Positions 14,934 through 28,532 of a DNA stretch of 57,068 nucleotides are shown piece by piece; the first letter of the stretch is position 1, and each line of letters begins with the position of its first letter. The notes under the pieces were generated by a model, which saw only the letters and a program-made list of their open reading frames with translations, did no database searches and had not been told where the DNA came from. A program made the translations under genes and the position numbers. Source of the DNA: Parvularia atlantis (taxonomy: Eukaryota); the NCBI GenBank assembly GCA_943704415.1, contig CALSCO010000440.1, positions 1 through 57,068 of the forward strand, given 5' to 3'.

Positions 14934-16800
14934 ATGCGGCTCGTGGTGGTCGCGCTCTGCGCCGCGCTCGTCGCGCTCGCCGCGGCCGCGGCTCCGCACA
15001 GCTGGGTCACCGTGACCGCGCCGCGCGAGCTGCTGCACGACCAGGCACTCGCGCGCGTCGCCGACCTGCGCGGCGTGTACGGCCAGCGCGACAGCGGCCT
15101 GCGCACGGCCCTCGTCGCCGTGCCGCACGCCGACGCCGCGCTGACGCTGGACGTGCTGGCGGTGCGTCGCGGCGCGCCCGCTGCACCCGCCGCACCGGGC
15201 CCGCTGCAGCGCCGTCGCGCGCGCAGAGTGACGTGACGATGGTCGTGCACGACGACGCCGCCAGCAAGCTCGTCAGCGACGACGAGTTCCGTCTGTGGGC
15301 CGTAGAGCAGCCCGAGGCACGCGCGCCTCGCCCCTCACCGTCCCGCACACACGCACCGCGGCTGACCACTGCACGCTGGCCACGGCGCACAGACGCTCGC
15401 GCCCGAGGCCCGCGCCGCGCTGCGCAGCCTGCTGGACACGTATGACCACTTCGCGGCGCACGACGCGGCCGGCGTCGTCTTTGTGCACATGCCGCTGGCC
15501 CACGCCGTCGACTGGCCCGCGGGCGTGCAGGTGCGCGGGGCCACGCGCGCCCGACCGTGATCGCTGACGTGCGCGTGGCCGTCCGCGCAGGCCATCCGTG
15601 TGCCGCGCCGCGCCATGCGCCCCGTGCCGGCGTCGCTGGCCGAGAGCCCTGCGGGCAAGTACCTGCGCACGCTGGCCAAAAACGACGTCATCGCCACCGC
15701 AATCGCGCGCATCAGCAAGGTGCGCGCGCTGGCCTCGCCGGGGTGCGGCGGGCTGAGCGTCGCCCACCAGGACGAGCTGTACGCGACCGACCTCGCGCTG
15801 AGCGAGGACTTTGTCACGCGCCAGTCGGCGTCGAACGGCATCAAGGAGGCCAGTGCGTACCTGCAGGAGCGCTTCCGCTCGTTCGGTGCGTGGGTGCTGC
15901 GTGCGACCTCGCCGTCTTGACACGTGCGCCCGCCAAGGCATTACGCGCGTGACCACCCAGACGTACCGCTCCGACTACGCCCCCAACGTCATCGCCGAAA
16001 TCCGCGGCATGGTCGAGCCGAACAAGTACGTCATCGTCGGGTGCGTGCTTGTGCCGTGCGCGTACGCCGTGTGGCGCACTTGTGCTGACTGCGCCTCGGC
16101 AAGCGCGCACTACGACTCGCGCAACACCAACTCGGCCGACACGACCGGCCGCGCGCCGGGCGCCGACGACAATGGCAGTGGCACGTCGGCCGTGGTGGAG
16201 CTGGCGCGCGTGATCGCGTCGCTCAACAACACCTTCGTCTACTCGATCCGCTTCGTGCTGTTCACGGGCGAGGAGCAGGGCCTGCTCGGGTCGGAGGCGT
16301 ACGCGGGCATGATTAGCGACGAGGGCCAGGAGGTCGTGGCGTTCTTCAATGCGGACATGCTCGGGTACCGCATCCCGGGCCAGCCGATCGAGATGGGCAT
16401 GAAGGACCGCTCAATCACGCAGTGGCTGCTCGAGGTCTCGTACGCGATCGACGCACTGTACGTGCCGCAGCTGCCGGTCAAGCTCAGCAGCTCGTGCTGC
16501 TCGGACTACATCAGGTGCGCGACGGCCGCCGCGCCCGTTGCGCTCACGCCCTTCGCGCGGCCAGCTTCTACGAGGTTGGCTACCCGGCCATCGGCTTCTT
16601 CGAGAACCCCACGACGGCGTCGACGTACCCGCAGGCACGCGCGCGGCCTGGAAGTGCGCTGCGCCGCGCGGTGCTAACCGCATCGCCTGCCGCAGTACCA
16701 CACGAGCCAAGACGTGATCACCAACCTGGACTTTGACCAGATCCAGCTCGAGGCGTCGGCGATCCTGGCCAACCTGATGACCTTCGCCGTGCCCAACTGA
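14934..16800 (+). CDS. Secreted M28-family zinc aminopeptidase; multi-exon
   Basis: Signal peptide MRLVVVALCAALVALAAA; AHYDSR, APGADDNGSG, FTGEEQGLLGS, NADM, SDY, YHT motifs. Confidence 0.88.
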
Positions 16801-16860
16801 CCGTGCGGTCTCGCGCGCGCGCGTGTGTGCGCGTTTTTTTTTGTGCGTTTCATTCCCTCT

Positions 16861-19800
16861 CTATGCCAGCGCTGGACGGGGAGGCGCGGTGCCGGGCAGC
16901 GCGGCCCAAAGGCCACCGCACACGCACGCGCTGTGCGACACGCTGTACCTGGGTGCGAGCACGCGTCAGCTGCCGCACTCCGTTAGCGCGCACTCTGCCG
17001 CACGGACCAGTGGATCGCATGCGCCGTCGCGCCCTTGGGCGGCAGCACGCCCGTCAGGCGGTAGCAGCGCAGGCACTGCACCGCCTGCTGGGCGACGAGG
17101 TACGCCCGATTGAGCTTCGTGTGCCGGACGCAGTCGTTGCGCACGTCGTCCGGCAGGCTCTGCGAGCAGTGCGTGAGCCACGACGCGGGCGGCTGCAGGT
17201 GCGCACCGCAGACACCGTCTCCGGCTCTGTCGTCGAGAACGCCAGCGCGTCGACGTGCGCAAACTCGCGCGCAATGTCGAGCCGCGCCGTGTCGCCCACT
17301 GTGCGGAGCACGCGTGTGTGAGAGCGCACTCCTTCGTCCCCTCTGCCGAAGCGTGCCCGCACCGGGGTCCTGCCACGGCAGCTCCAAGTGCTCCTGCAGG
17401 TGCCGCAGCAGGTGCAGCTTGCCCTCCACGCCGTCGATCGAGAACGGCGGCGCGTTCGCGCTCTTGGCGCTCGACGGCGTGCTGCGGCGGCGGCGCGTCA
17501 GCTCGCAGACTGCACGCTTGACCGGGCGCCACGCACGTCGCCTGCAGGCACGTGCCGATCAGCTGGACGTGCTCCTGCGCGAGCTGCAGCCGGCTCGCCG
17601 TCGCGGCGTGGTCTGTGCAGGGTGAACTGCGATCGCCGACGCGCCGGACGTGCCGCACCGATCGTCGGCAGCCCACGCAGCTTCTCGACCAGCAGGGTGA
17701 TGGAGAAGTGCGGCCGTGCCACGATCGTCTCGAGCGCTGGCGACCGCACCGTCACGCCCGCGTGGGGCTCGGCGCACAAACGCACCGTTGTAGAACATGG
17801 CCTCGGGTGAGCCGGCAAACTCCTGCTTCTTGCCATGGATCTGCACCGAGAGCACGTAGCACAGCAGCAGGCCCTGGTTTAGGTACATCAGTGGCTCGCC
17901 CGCGAGCAGTACCGCGACCTGCGAAAGGGTGTGAGCGACACAGACGTGTGTGCGCGCGCGCACGGCGGGGATGGTCGTGTCGACGACGACGCCCTCGCCG
18001 GTCGCCTTGTCGCCTGCTGCACGTGCTCAGCGGCGCACGCACAGCGCCAGCGGGCGCGCTCACCAAACTCGTGCCTCATGACGACGTAGTTGAGGTTGTA
18101 CAGCGCGTAGATCGCAAAGTCGATCAGCCAGCTCGCGAGCGGCACGAGTGTCCAGAAGCTCGCTGTGGTTGCGCATACGTCAGCAGTCGCAGGCGATCGT
18201 CGGCGCAGTGCGGGCACGCACCCGGATCAAACTTGGACGTGAGCGTCAGCTTGTCCAGCGACTCGCCCGACCGCAGCACGGCTGCAAACAGCGGCGTGAG
18301 CAAGCGCCCGCGCAGCTGCGGCATTGGCCCGCACAGGTGATGCGCTGCTGCGCGCCGACGGGATCGTTCAAGTGCGACAGCAGGACGTCGTGGATGAAGC
18401 TGCGCCCGCGCTGGTGAGCATTGAAGTGGCGACCGTGCGGATCGGGCGCGCGCACATCAGCTGCACGACCGAGTAGCAGTCCGACACCTGCACATGCATC
18501 GTGCCTGTGCTCCTGCAGGCGGCGGCGCCCGCACGGTGAGTAGGTTCGCGCCGCGCGACGCCGCCGCACCGGTACAGGCGCATCAGCTTGGACCAGAACT
18601 GGCGCGACTCGAGCTGCCGGATGTACTGACGGTAGTAGAAGAACATGACGCGGGCGACATCGTACGCGAGGGCTGCACCACAGAGGTGAGGCCATGCCGC
18701 GTGCGCGTAGGAGCACGCACCCTCCGGCGACCGCTTCGTGTCAGCGGCCAGCTGCGCGACGTGCTGCAGCAGGTCCCACGCGTCCGTCGCGCGCTCCATC
18801 GTCGCGAGCAGCGCGTACGCAAACGCGATCGCGGCGTCGTCTTCCGCTGGCGGTCCGCGGGCCAGTGAGCGGTCGCCACAAAGGGTGGCAGCAGCGTACG
18901 CACGCATGGCCGACGAAACGTCCATGTGCGCGCCGTCGCCGTTGCTGGCCACCGAAGCGCTCAAGGGAAAGACGCACGCGGCCGGCAGCAGCGACACGCG
19001 TAGTTCGCCGTTGGAGAAGGCCTGCACAAACGCGGCGTCGTTGGGCGAGAACGCAAGAGAGATTGCGGGCAGGTCGTCTGCGATGCGCGTCAGCAGAGAC
19101 GCGAGCGACGGCGGGCGCGGCGCACTCGCGACGAGCGAGCGACCGCCCGCGTGCAGCGGGTTGCCTGTCAACTGCGGCACGGCCTCGACCGTGAATAGCA
19201 GCTCAAAAGTTGCGCTGGGCGCCGCAACGTCAAGGTCGCGACGCGCACGCTCTCCGCCCGACGCACATCGACCGCAGCTGCACGCTCCCGTCCGCAAACA
19301 TCAGCGCGAGCAGGCCACGCCCATCGCTCGTGAACTGCGACGCGACCAGGAACGATGCCATGGACAGGCGCTCGTCACGCAGCGGCACCCATACCTGCGC
19401 ACGCGCGTCACGCACACGCGCAGAGCGCTCACCGGCGGCTGCGCACCGCGTGGTCGGGCGGCACGCTCGTAAAGTTGAACACGCTGTGCAGCGGCACGGA
19501 CGCCCACGAGCTCTCGAAGCACGCGACGCGCGTGACGAAGCCTGCGACCGCTATGAGCGGCTGCCTGTGGGCGTGCCCAGTGCGTGCGCACCCGAGTCGG
19601 CCGTCGGCGCCGACGTGAACACGAGCAGGCGGAGCTCCTCGTTCTTGCGGCGCAGCAGGCACACACGGACGAGCTGCGTGCGTAGGTAGTGAGCGCGCGC
19701 AGGGTCGCACCGTGGCCAACGCGCACCTGCTCGTCGGCCGACAGTGACGCCAGCCGCACGCAGCCGTGAGGCGTCACGTCGAGTGTCCAGGCCATCGGCG

Positions 19801-20881
19801 TCGTCGGCAGCGCGGTCGCGGCGACGTCGTACACGAGCACCTCGCTGGGCAGCAGATCCGGGCGCGTGACATGCATGGCGATAAGGACCCGCCCGCCTGG
19901 CGCCGTGCGGCCCGCGACGTCAGCCAGCGTCCGGCCTAGCCCGTGCAGCGCACCCAGCTGCACAGCAAGGTCCGCATGCGGCACCAGGGCCCCGTCCGCG
20001 TCCGTGCCGAGGAGCGCGCGCTCGGACGTGAGTAGCTCGCCCGAGGGCGCGTCGCAAGCGATGACAAACTGCCGGCTGAGCGTGAGCGGCCGTGCGTGCG
20101 CAAGTGTGTGCGCACCCGCCCGGTGGACGTCACGAGCGCAAAGCAGACGCTGCCGAGCGGGTGCACGGGCCCAAGGTCCTCGGCCTCGAACGCCGCCGGC
20201 AGCTGGGGTGCGTCGCTGCGAGCCCGCGCTCAGGCGCTGCTCCGGCGCGTGCGCGGGCGCTGGCCGATTCGCGCGCACCTGCTCAGCGCGCGGCGCACCT
20301 CGTCCGACACCGCCGTGGCGGCGTGGAGCGTGCGCTCGTTCGGGATCCAGGCGACCGCGGCCGGCTGCTCCTGCAGCGCGAGCTCGCCCGCCAGCTCCCA
20401 GTCGGAGGCGCTGCCGCGCATGCGCCACACAGCCACGCGCCCGTCCTCATCGGCCGTGAGCAGGTGCGTGCCGCTCGGGTGCCAGAGCACGTGCGTGGGC
20501 ATGCTGTGGTGCAGCTGGCGGGCGCCGCGCTCAGGCAACCGTGACGCCCCTCCCCTCGGGGCCACGGTGCATACCGCCGGCAGCAGCGCCACGATCGCAC
20601 CCGGCGCGTTCGCGTCCATCACGGCGATCCGGTGCGACAGCACGACCGTCGGCGCGCCCGACGCCGGCGGCCAGGTCGGCGGCCAGACGAACGCGATCAG
20701 GTTGCGGGAGGACCACGCAACGTTGCTGCGCCACGCGCGCGCGGGGTGAGCTGACCACGCGCGCATCCGCCTCGATCGACACGCACCGCGCGCTCGGCCG
20801 CGCCGGCAGCAGGTGCCGCAGCTGCGCCAGCGCGAGCGAGTGCGGCCGCGCAGCCGGCGTCGACGTCCAGAGCACAGTCAT
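16861..20881 (-). CDS. MED16: Mediator subunit 16 (Sin4); multi-exon
   Basis: N-terminal [12 protein letters not shown]-like [25 protein letters not shown]-terminal zinc ribbon QCLRC...CVCGGLW. Confidence 0.8.
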
Positions 20882-20937
20882 CTTCGACGGCAACTTCGAG
20901 CTGTCACCCAATATATATGGCCATGCTGCACACGGGC

Positions 20938-22745
20938 TCACTGCAACGCGGCGGCGCGCTTCTTGCGCGCGGGCACGGGCGCGGCGGGCGCAGGCGGGCC
21001 GCCCTCGTCCTCGCCGACCTCCTCGGCCACGTAGCCGCGCTTCTTCTGCGTCGGTCCGTTGTCGATGTAGCCGGGGGCCTCGCGCGCGCGCCTGGCCGCG
21101 CTCGGTCAGCTGCCGATCGAATGCGAGCGAGAGCGCGATGCAAGCGCACTTTTGCGCCGCGGCCGCCGCCGCCTGCGTGCTCGGGTAGTGCCGGATGTAC
21201 GCGTCGACGTTGAATTTGCGCCGGCAGCCGTCTTCGGTCATGAAGCGGATCTTGCCAAAGACGACCTGCGCTGGGGCCTTCAGCAGCTCGTCAGCAGTCG
21301 TCAACCGCGCGCGCACCCGCTCGCCCCAGCCCTGGTCGTGCGTGCCCATGATGCTCCACGACACACCGACGTAACCGTTTGGATCGTTACCGTCGAGCGA
21401 GTAGCGGTCGTTCTGTGTGCGGTCTGTGAGCGTTGCGCGCGCGCTCAGACACAGCGCGCCCACCTGCCGCTGCGCGATCTCGAGGGCCTGCTGCGGCGAC
21501 GCCGTCCACTCGAGGATCTTCTTGGCCCAGTACTGGCTCGCCAGGCGTGAGCGGGCGCGCATGCCCAGGACCCCGCGCACGCACCATGCGCATGAAGCCG
21601 TGGATCTTGCCGTCGCGCACGAGCTGCATCTGCGCTGCGTTCCACAGCAGGTCGTGCGTCTGGCCAGCCTCGAGCTCGGCCTCAGTGTAGATGAAGCCGC
21701 GGCGGTCCTGCACGGGCCAGCGTCACAGAGGCGACATCGCGCTGCCGGCCGCGACGTACGCGCGCGTGCGTCTCGAGCGTCTCGCGCGCCCAGTTCTCGG
21801 CGCCGCGCAGTGAGTCGTAGTGCTCTTGGTGCAGGCAGAAGTTGTCCGAGAGCTCGCGGCGCACGACCGCCTCCTCGACAAAGGCGTGCACCGACTCTGA
21901 GTGCGCCTTGCTGTGCTGTGCACGTGTGTGTGCTGCGGTGTCGCACCAACGCAGCGTGCGGCCGCGCACCTTTTGCACTTCGAGGACCGCGCGCTGCGGC
22001 GCCACGTGCCCGTAGTTGAAGTAGATGCTCATGTGCGACAGCGCGTCGGCCGTGGGGTCGTTGCGCTTCGTGCCGTACTGCTTGAGGCTGCGCGAGCGCG
22101 TCAGAGCAGCAGTCCGCCAAGCGTGCGCACCCGAAGACGCCACCGCTGCGAGCAGAACAGCGCCAGGTTGGCCAGACCCGCCTTCGTGCCCGGCTGCGCC
22201 CACGTCACGGGCGGCACGGAGCGGTCGCACTCGAGGCGTGCCTCGATCGCGGCCCAGTCGACCGGCTCGAGCCCCTTCCCCGCGCCCCGTCAGCCGCCAC
22301 GCGCTGCTGCCCAGCAGACGCACGCACGAGCGCCGCGCCGCTGTGCGGGTGCCGCTCGAGCGCCGGAAAATCGGTCAGGAACTCGCTCAGGAGGCCCGTG
22401 ATCTTGGGCCGGATCGTGCGCGCGGCGTACTCCTTCTTGGGCGAAGCGGTGCGGCACGGGACGACGTTGTGCGCGTCGACCTCCCACACGGGCACGGTGC
22501 GCGCCGCGCCCAGCAGCGTCTGCACCCACCCGCGCGGGCTGCGCAGCGGCCAGAAGTCGGTCACGACACCGCCGATCTGCCGTGCAGGGGCGTGTCAGCC
22601 GATGACCGGTGCTGACACGCGCACGCGCCTGGTTCTCGCGCACGAAGCGCGCGACCTGCTCGCCCGGCTGGCCGTACATGAGCCGCAGCGGGATGCCATG
22701 CTCCTTGAGGGTCTGTGCACACGCCCGCCCGCGCGCGCGCTCAGC

Positions 22746-22781
<36 letters not shown>

Positions 22782-23180
22782 CCCGCGGTCAGCACACCTG
22801 CTCCGTCTCGCGCAGGCCGCGCAGGGTCCAGTCGTAGTGCCGGAACGTCGCGTGGCCAAACTCGTTCGGGACGCAGTAAGCGACGAGCAGCGGCAGGCCG
22901 TGGTGTTTCGCCACGTCCTGCGCGTACAGCAGCGACCAGTTGTCTGCGGGCCGCGCGTGAACGCGGTGCGCGTGCGGCCGCGAACGGCGCGAAGCAGACC
23001 GGCGGCGCGCTTGTCGCGCGTCATCCAGTAGAGCACGGCGCGCGCGCCCGGCGCCAGCTTGCCCGTGCCGCTGAGCAGCTTGACGCGGTGCGCGTCGACG
23101 CGCGAGACTGGTGTGCGGCGGGGGCCAGAGTGAGGGACGTGTGCGGGGCACGAGTGCGCCGTGGTGTCACCAAGGGCCAT
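20938..23180 (-). CDS. phr: Class II CPD DNA photolyase; multi-exon, start codon uncertain
   Basis: [88 protein letters not shown]. Confidence 0.93.
22748..22780. repeat. (GGCGTC)n hexamer microsatellite inside a photolyase intron
   Basis: About five tandem copies of CGGCGT seen directly. Confidence 0.85.
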
Positions 23181-23219
23181 GACGATCAGCGTGCCGATCG
23201 ATCTGCAGCCCACACGGTT

Positions 23220-24849
23220 TCACTTCTGCTGAGCCATTTGCGCGTTTTGTTCCTGCTTACGCCGCAGCTTGAAGGCGATGAGCAGCTGGCGCATCGCCTC
23301 GTTGCGCACGGCGATGTCCTGCGGCGTGATGCTCGCGTTGTTGCGCCGCGTCCAGTCCGCGCCGTGCTCGAGCAGCAGCAGGGCCATGTTCTTGTCGCGC
23401 CGCAGGATCGCCCAGTGCAGCGGCGTCAGGCCATTGCTCCTGCGCGCCGTCGTCGCTCAGCGCACGCCAAACAGCGGCGATGGTCACGCACGAGAGGCTG
23501 TAGTTGACGTCGATCGACGGCTTCAGCAGCCCGAGCGGCCGCACGTGCCCGTACAGGATCTTGGTCGCGCGGTTGAGGTTGCCGGCCTTAGCGGCCATGA
23601 GCAGCTGCTCGCTGGCGGCGCGGTCGATTGCCTGCCGTGCAGAATCAGCCCGAGCTGCTCCTCGCGAGCAGAGAGCCGCGCGAACCGCGAGTGGGCCGCG
23701 TGACGCAGACACGGACGGCGGCGACGACGACGACGGTAGCGGCGGCGACGACGACACCGACGACGATAGCGACGGGCGCGACGGCGTGCCAAAGATCGCG
23801 AGTGACGGCCTGGCTGCGACCGGCGCCGCGGCCGGCTCATCTGACGTCACAAATAGCGCGCCCTTGAGCGCGTTTTGCGACCGCGACCGGCGGAACTGCG
23901 TCGCGGTGGTAAGAAAGGGCCAGCGGGGCGCGGCAGCCGTGTGCGCGTGCCGTCGTCTTGCTGGTCGTCTCGGTGTCGTCGCTGAGCCGCCCGATGCCGA
24001 GCCGCCCAAACACGCGCGCCTGGGCAAGTGTCAGCGGCGCGCGCGACGGCACAGAGGACGCGTGCCATGAACGACGGGGCCGGCGGCTGCTCCTGGCGGG
24101 CGGTGGCGTCGTCCTGCGCGTGCGTGATGCGACGGGTCAGCGCGCACTTCGCGGGGTGCGCGACCGCCACGCACGTCGCTGGAGGCCTGCGACGGCGCAT
24201 ACATGTCGTTCGCGAACGAGATCGGCTGCGCAGCCGGCGGCGCGTCAGTGGGACGGCCGCGCTTGCGTCACAACCGCGTCGCACCCCGGTCGCGCTCGCG
24301 GTCTCGCTGAGCACGGGCGAGGACACGGAGCGTGAGCTGCGCGGGCGTGCCGGGCATCAGCAGTGCAGAAGCGGGGCGGCGGCGCGCACAGTGAGCGCAG
24401 CTTGGCGGCCGCGTCGCCGCGTCGCCCGAGCTCATACACGGCCGCAGTCGGCGGCTGACCGTCCGCGGGCTCGTCCGCCGGCTGTGCAGGCTCGGCAAAG
24501 TACAGGTCCTGCGCACGCCTCTTCAATCTTTCCCTGTTGTACGCGCGCGTACGGGACGCCGGCCACGCACGAGCAGCGACTCGTACATGGGCGCGTCGGC
24601 GTCGTCGCCCGGCACGAGCTGCAGCATTGACCCGCGCAGGTCCTCGATCGACGCCGAGCGCGGGCGGCGCGAGCGGCGCTTGAGCCTGTGCGTGAGCGCC
24701 TCGAGCTGCCACGGCGCGTCAGGCCGCGGCCATCTCTCAACGCGCGCCGGTCCGCGTCGCACCTGCGCGGCCGTGTCGGCGCGTCGCGCCTCAATCCGGC
24801 GCTCGCCGTCACTCAGCGCGGCCACGATGTCATCGAGCGTGGACACCAT
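23220..24849 (-). CDS. Protein with C-terminal ankyrin repeats; multi-exon
   Basis: LLMAAKAGNL...DVNY; NNGLTPLHWAILRRDKNMALLLLEHGADWTRRNNASITPQDIA. The N-terminus is helical and Ser/Pro-rich. Confidence 0.7.
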
Positions 24850-24864
24850 CCAAAATTTTCCACG

Positions 24865-26142
24865 ATGGCGGTGCAGTGCGCTTGCGCTTCTCGTCGCCCT
24901 CGCGCGCTCACGTCCCTGCTCGCATGCCCAGCTCGCCCAGGCAACCGCGCTCGCGACGCGCGCCTTCCGCTCGTCCGCGTTTCTCGGCCTGCGCCGCGTC
25001 GTCGCCGTGCGGCCACCCGGTGCGCAGGCGGCGCACGCACTTTTCCCGTGCGTCGCGCGTGACCCGCGCACCCGGCCGCCCAGAGGCCCGGCCCGACCCG
25101 AACGAGCGCGTACAGGCGTGGGTGCGCGACTTCCGCACGGGCAAGCCCGTGAGCTTTGTCGAGCTGCGGCGGGTCATCTTTGGCCTGCCCGTGCGGCGCG
25201 ACATTCTGCAGCGGTGCACCTTACCTTCGCTCGCTGCGCGCCACGCTGAGCGGCCGTGCGCAGCGTCATCGTCTGGCAGCTGGCCAAGCGCCGCGCGGGC
25301 ACGCACAGCACCAAGGGGCGCAACGAGGTCCGCGGCTCGACGAAGAAGATGGGCCCGCAGAAGGCGCGTGGCTGGTGGCGGCAAGTTGGCCGTGCCTGAC
25401 TGACTGGTCGGGGGTGTGTGCGAACAGGGCTCAGGCGGGGCGCGCCACGGCACGAAGCGCGCGCCCATCTTTGTGAAGGGTGCGGCGCAGCCACGTGCGC
25501 GGAACGGGCATGCCTGAGCGGCGCGGCGCAGGTGGTGTCGCGCACGGGCCCAAGCCGCGTAGCTTCGCGTTCAAGCTCAACAAGAAGGTCCGCTCGCTCG
25601 GCCTGCGCACGGCGCTCTCGGCCAAGTATGCCCAGGTGCGCGTGCGCGCTGCCTGCGGCGATGCAATGGCGTGCTGACCCGCGTGCGCAGGCCGACGGGC
25701 TGCAGATTGTCAACGCCGAGTCGCTCGTGCCGCCTGAGCCGAAGGTGGGCGCGGCCGCGCTGCACACGCCGTAACGACTGACGCACACACGCGCGCGCGC
25801 ACAGACCAAGGTCATGGCGCGGCTGATGGGCGAGCGCGGGCTGCTGGACAAGCGCACGCTGATCATCTACAACGAGACGATGCCGCGCAACCTCGAGCTG
25901 TCTGTGCGGTGCGGTCACAGGGCCAGAGCGCGGCCAGCAGCGCGGGCTGACAGGCGCGCCCGCGACCGCGCAGCAACTTGCCGCTGGTCAACACGCTGCC
26001 CGTGCGCGGGCTCAACGTGTACGACATCATCCGCGCGCACCGCGTGATCATCGCCCAGGACGCGCTGGCCGGGATAGAGAAGCGCTTCGAGCGCATAATC
26101 GCACCGCCGCCCAAGCGCATGCCAGCGCGCGCGGTGGCGTAG
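24865..26142 (+). CDS. MRPL4: Mitochondrial ribosomal protein uL4m; multi-exon with a 6-nt first coding exon
   Basis: Transit-like [80 protein letters not shown]. Confidence 0.9.
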
Positions 26143-26188
26143 CGCGTGTGTGTTGGTGTGTACACATGCATGCACCCGCGACAGCAGA

Positions 26189-27219
26189 TCAGTACAACCC
26201 CCACACGGGCACGCTCGGCAGCAAGAGGTGCACGGCCAACTGCACCAGCAGCTTCGCGGCCCAGCCCGCGAGCACGGCGAGGAACGCCCTCTGGTGCGAT
26301 GTGTTGAGGAACACTGCACGGCGCGGCGGCGGGTGAGACACAGCCCACGCGACGCGTCCGTGTGTGCGCGCGCACCGGACAGTGCCTGCGTGTTGGACGA
26401 GGCGACAAAGACGTTGATGATCCACAGGTACGTCAGGTCGTGGTAGTCCCAGATGAGCATCGGGATGAGGATGCTCTTGGCGAAGCTCGAGATGAGGACG
26501 GCCATCGTCGCGTAGTTGTACTTGACGATGGCGTACTTGGACCCGACCTGGCACCGGATCGCCAGCAGCACGCCCGCGTGGAACGCCAACGTCTCTGTCG
26601 CGCCGGTCAACTGCGCGCACACGCCGGCCCGCCACGCCGCACCGAGCGCGAGTGACGTGACGACCGACGCCGCGCGCGTCCCAAACTCGACGCCGTGCGC
26701 CTCCCAGTCGAGCTGCGCGAGCGTCTGGCCGATGTTGCTGAACGTCCCGCCGTACAGGTCGGCGTAGAGCAGCAGCCAGCGGAACGCTGCGGCGCGGGTG
26801 CGTGGGCCAGCGACGTCGTCCGCGCGCACGAGGCACACCCGCGTCAAACACCATCCAGAGCAGCGCGAGGCCTGCGACGGTCAACTGCGTCGCGATGCGC
26901 GCGGTGAGCGGCGATCGGGCGCTAGCGTGCGCGCGTACATTGCAGCCGCGGTCGAGGTAGTCGATGCGGTTGAAGAGCAGGTGGCGGTACACCTGCGGCT
27001 TGTGCAGGACCATGTCGATGAAGATCACGACAAACTCGTACTCAACGTAGCGGTCGGCGAACTGGCCGCATCGGTACTGCCGCGGGCCGCGCGTGGGCAC
27101 ACCACCACAGACGACGATGATGACGCAGCACGCACACACTGCGTCAGGCGGATGTTGCCCTTGCTGAACTCGCGGTACAGGTCCGAGACGGGCGCGCCGC
27201 ACTCGACGCACGTGGGCAT
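26189..27219 (-). CDS. ARV1: ARV1 lipid-homeostasis protein; multi-exon
   Basis: MPTCVECGAPVSDLYREFSKGNIRLTQC..CGQFADRYVEYEFVVIFIDMVLHKPQVYRHLLFN; SSFAKSILIPMLIWDY. Confidence 0.92.
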
Positions 27220-27274
27220 CGCGTCGGCAGTGCGGCGCGAGTCAGCGTGGCGGCCACTTTAGTGACGCTCGGGG

Positions 27275-27728
27275 ATGGCCGACGCTGCTGCGCCGGCGCC
27301 GGCCGACGGGCCGCAGAACCCGCAGGAACTCAACGCGTTTGTGCGTGCGGGGGCGCGCGTGCGCACGTCGTGCATCGCGAGGCTGACATGTCTCTGCGCG
27401 CGTGTGCCTCCTCCAGGTCGAGAACCTGCTGTCGAAGATGGTGCGCCCGATCCGTCGCCCGCGCACGGGCGCACTCACACGCGCGCCGCTGCCGCGATGG
27501 CCCGCAGCAAGAGCGCTTCGAGGACATGTCCAAGCAGATCCTCGGCAAGAGTGCGTCGCGCGCACAACCCGATGCGTGCGCAACGAGGGCGCGCGCTCAC
27601 GCGCCACACCCGCAGTCGACACGATGGGACAGCGCATCGACGAGCTCGAGAAGTCGATCGGCTCGCTCATGGAGCAGGCCGGGCTGGAGGAGCAGGCGGA
27701 CGAGAAGCCCGGCGAGGGCGGCAAGTGA
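27275..27728 (+). CDS. HSBP1: Heat shock factor-binding protein 1; 4 exons
   Basis: Spliced PQELNAFVENLLSKMQERFEDMSKQILGKIDTMGQRIDELEKSIGSLMEQAG. Confidence 0.9.
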
Positions 27729-27817
27729 CCGCCGGGCGGGGTCGGGACCGACGACGTTTGCGCTTGCTTACTTGCCTGTGTGTCTGTGTGGACGTGCCAT
27801 CCGCATTTGCACGCGTG

Positions 27818-28467
27818 TCACGTCTGGTGCTCGACAAGGCGGAAGCCCGCGGGCAGCGCCGCGTCCTGCACCAGCTCCCAAAGCGGGTAGTAGCGCTGGT
27901 TCGGCCGCACGGTGAGCACCTGGACCTGCGAGGCCCAGTGCGGCGCGTCAGCCCCGGTTGGTGGGGCGCAACCAGCAGCGGCGCGCACCCGGTCAGAAAA
28001 GTCGACCGTCTTGATGCGCACGTACTTGGAGTCGTCCAGCTTCTTTACGACGTCCAGGAAGCTGCGCGGGGCGTCAGACGGGTGCAACGCCCGCGCCCGC
28101 GCACGCACGCGTCGAGCGTCGGCACGCGCTGTCCGTCGACCTCGACGATCCACCACGTCGCGCTCAGCCCGCTTTGGTGCACCGGCGAGCCGTAGTACCA
28201 CGCCGAAACGTACACGCCTTGGCACGCAGGGCAGCATCAGGCGCCAGCTTGCGCACGCGCACACGCACCCTCGGGCAGCACGCGGCGCCGCTCGGCAGCT
28301 GCGCGGTGCGGCGCCTGCACGATCGCGCCGGCCCACCTGTGCGTGCGCGTGAGAAGCAGCGGCAAGTGTGTGCACGGCGCGCACCCGATGATGCGGCTTG
28401 TGCCGAGGCCGTCCACGACCGCCGTTGGCACCTTGAGTGTTATCTCGGCCGAGTCGCGCAGGATGCG
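27818..28467 (-). CDS. 3' fragment of an Nma111/DEG7-type HtrA protease (C-terminal PDZ-like region); 5' part absent
   Basis: ILRDSAEITLKVPT..GTSRII; WAGAIVQAPH; GVYVSAWYYGSPVHQSGLSATWWIVEVDG; FLDVVKKLDDSKYVRIKTVDF; YYPLWEL. No protease domain lies upstream within the window. Confidence 0.72.
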
Positions 28468-28508
28468 CTGCCGGGCGGCCGGGCGTGAGACTACGCAGCG
28501 GCACGGAG

Positions 28509-28526
28509 CCCCCCCCCCCCCCCCCC
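28509..28526. repeat. C18 homopolymer at the junction of two truncated genes
   Basis: 18 consecutive C residues, counted directly. Confidence 0.95.
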
Positions 28527-28532
28527 GCGCAG

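Noticed and set aside
22748..22780. GGCGTC repeat, with a shorter copy in a tubulin intron near 50408, as a CRISPR-like array or introner element
   Set aside because: It is a simple microsatellite with no spacers, and I saw no extended similarity between introns.
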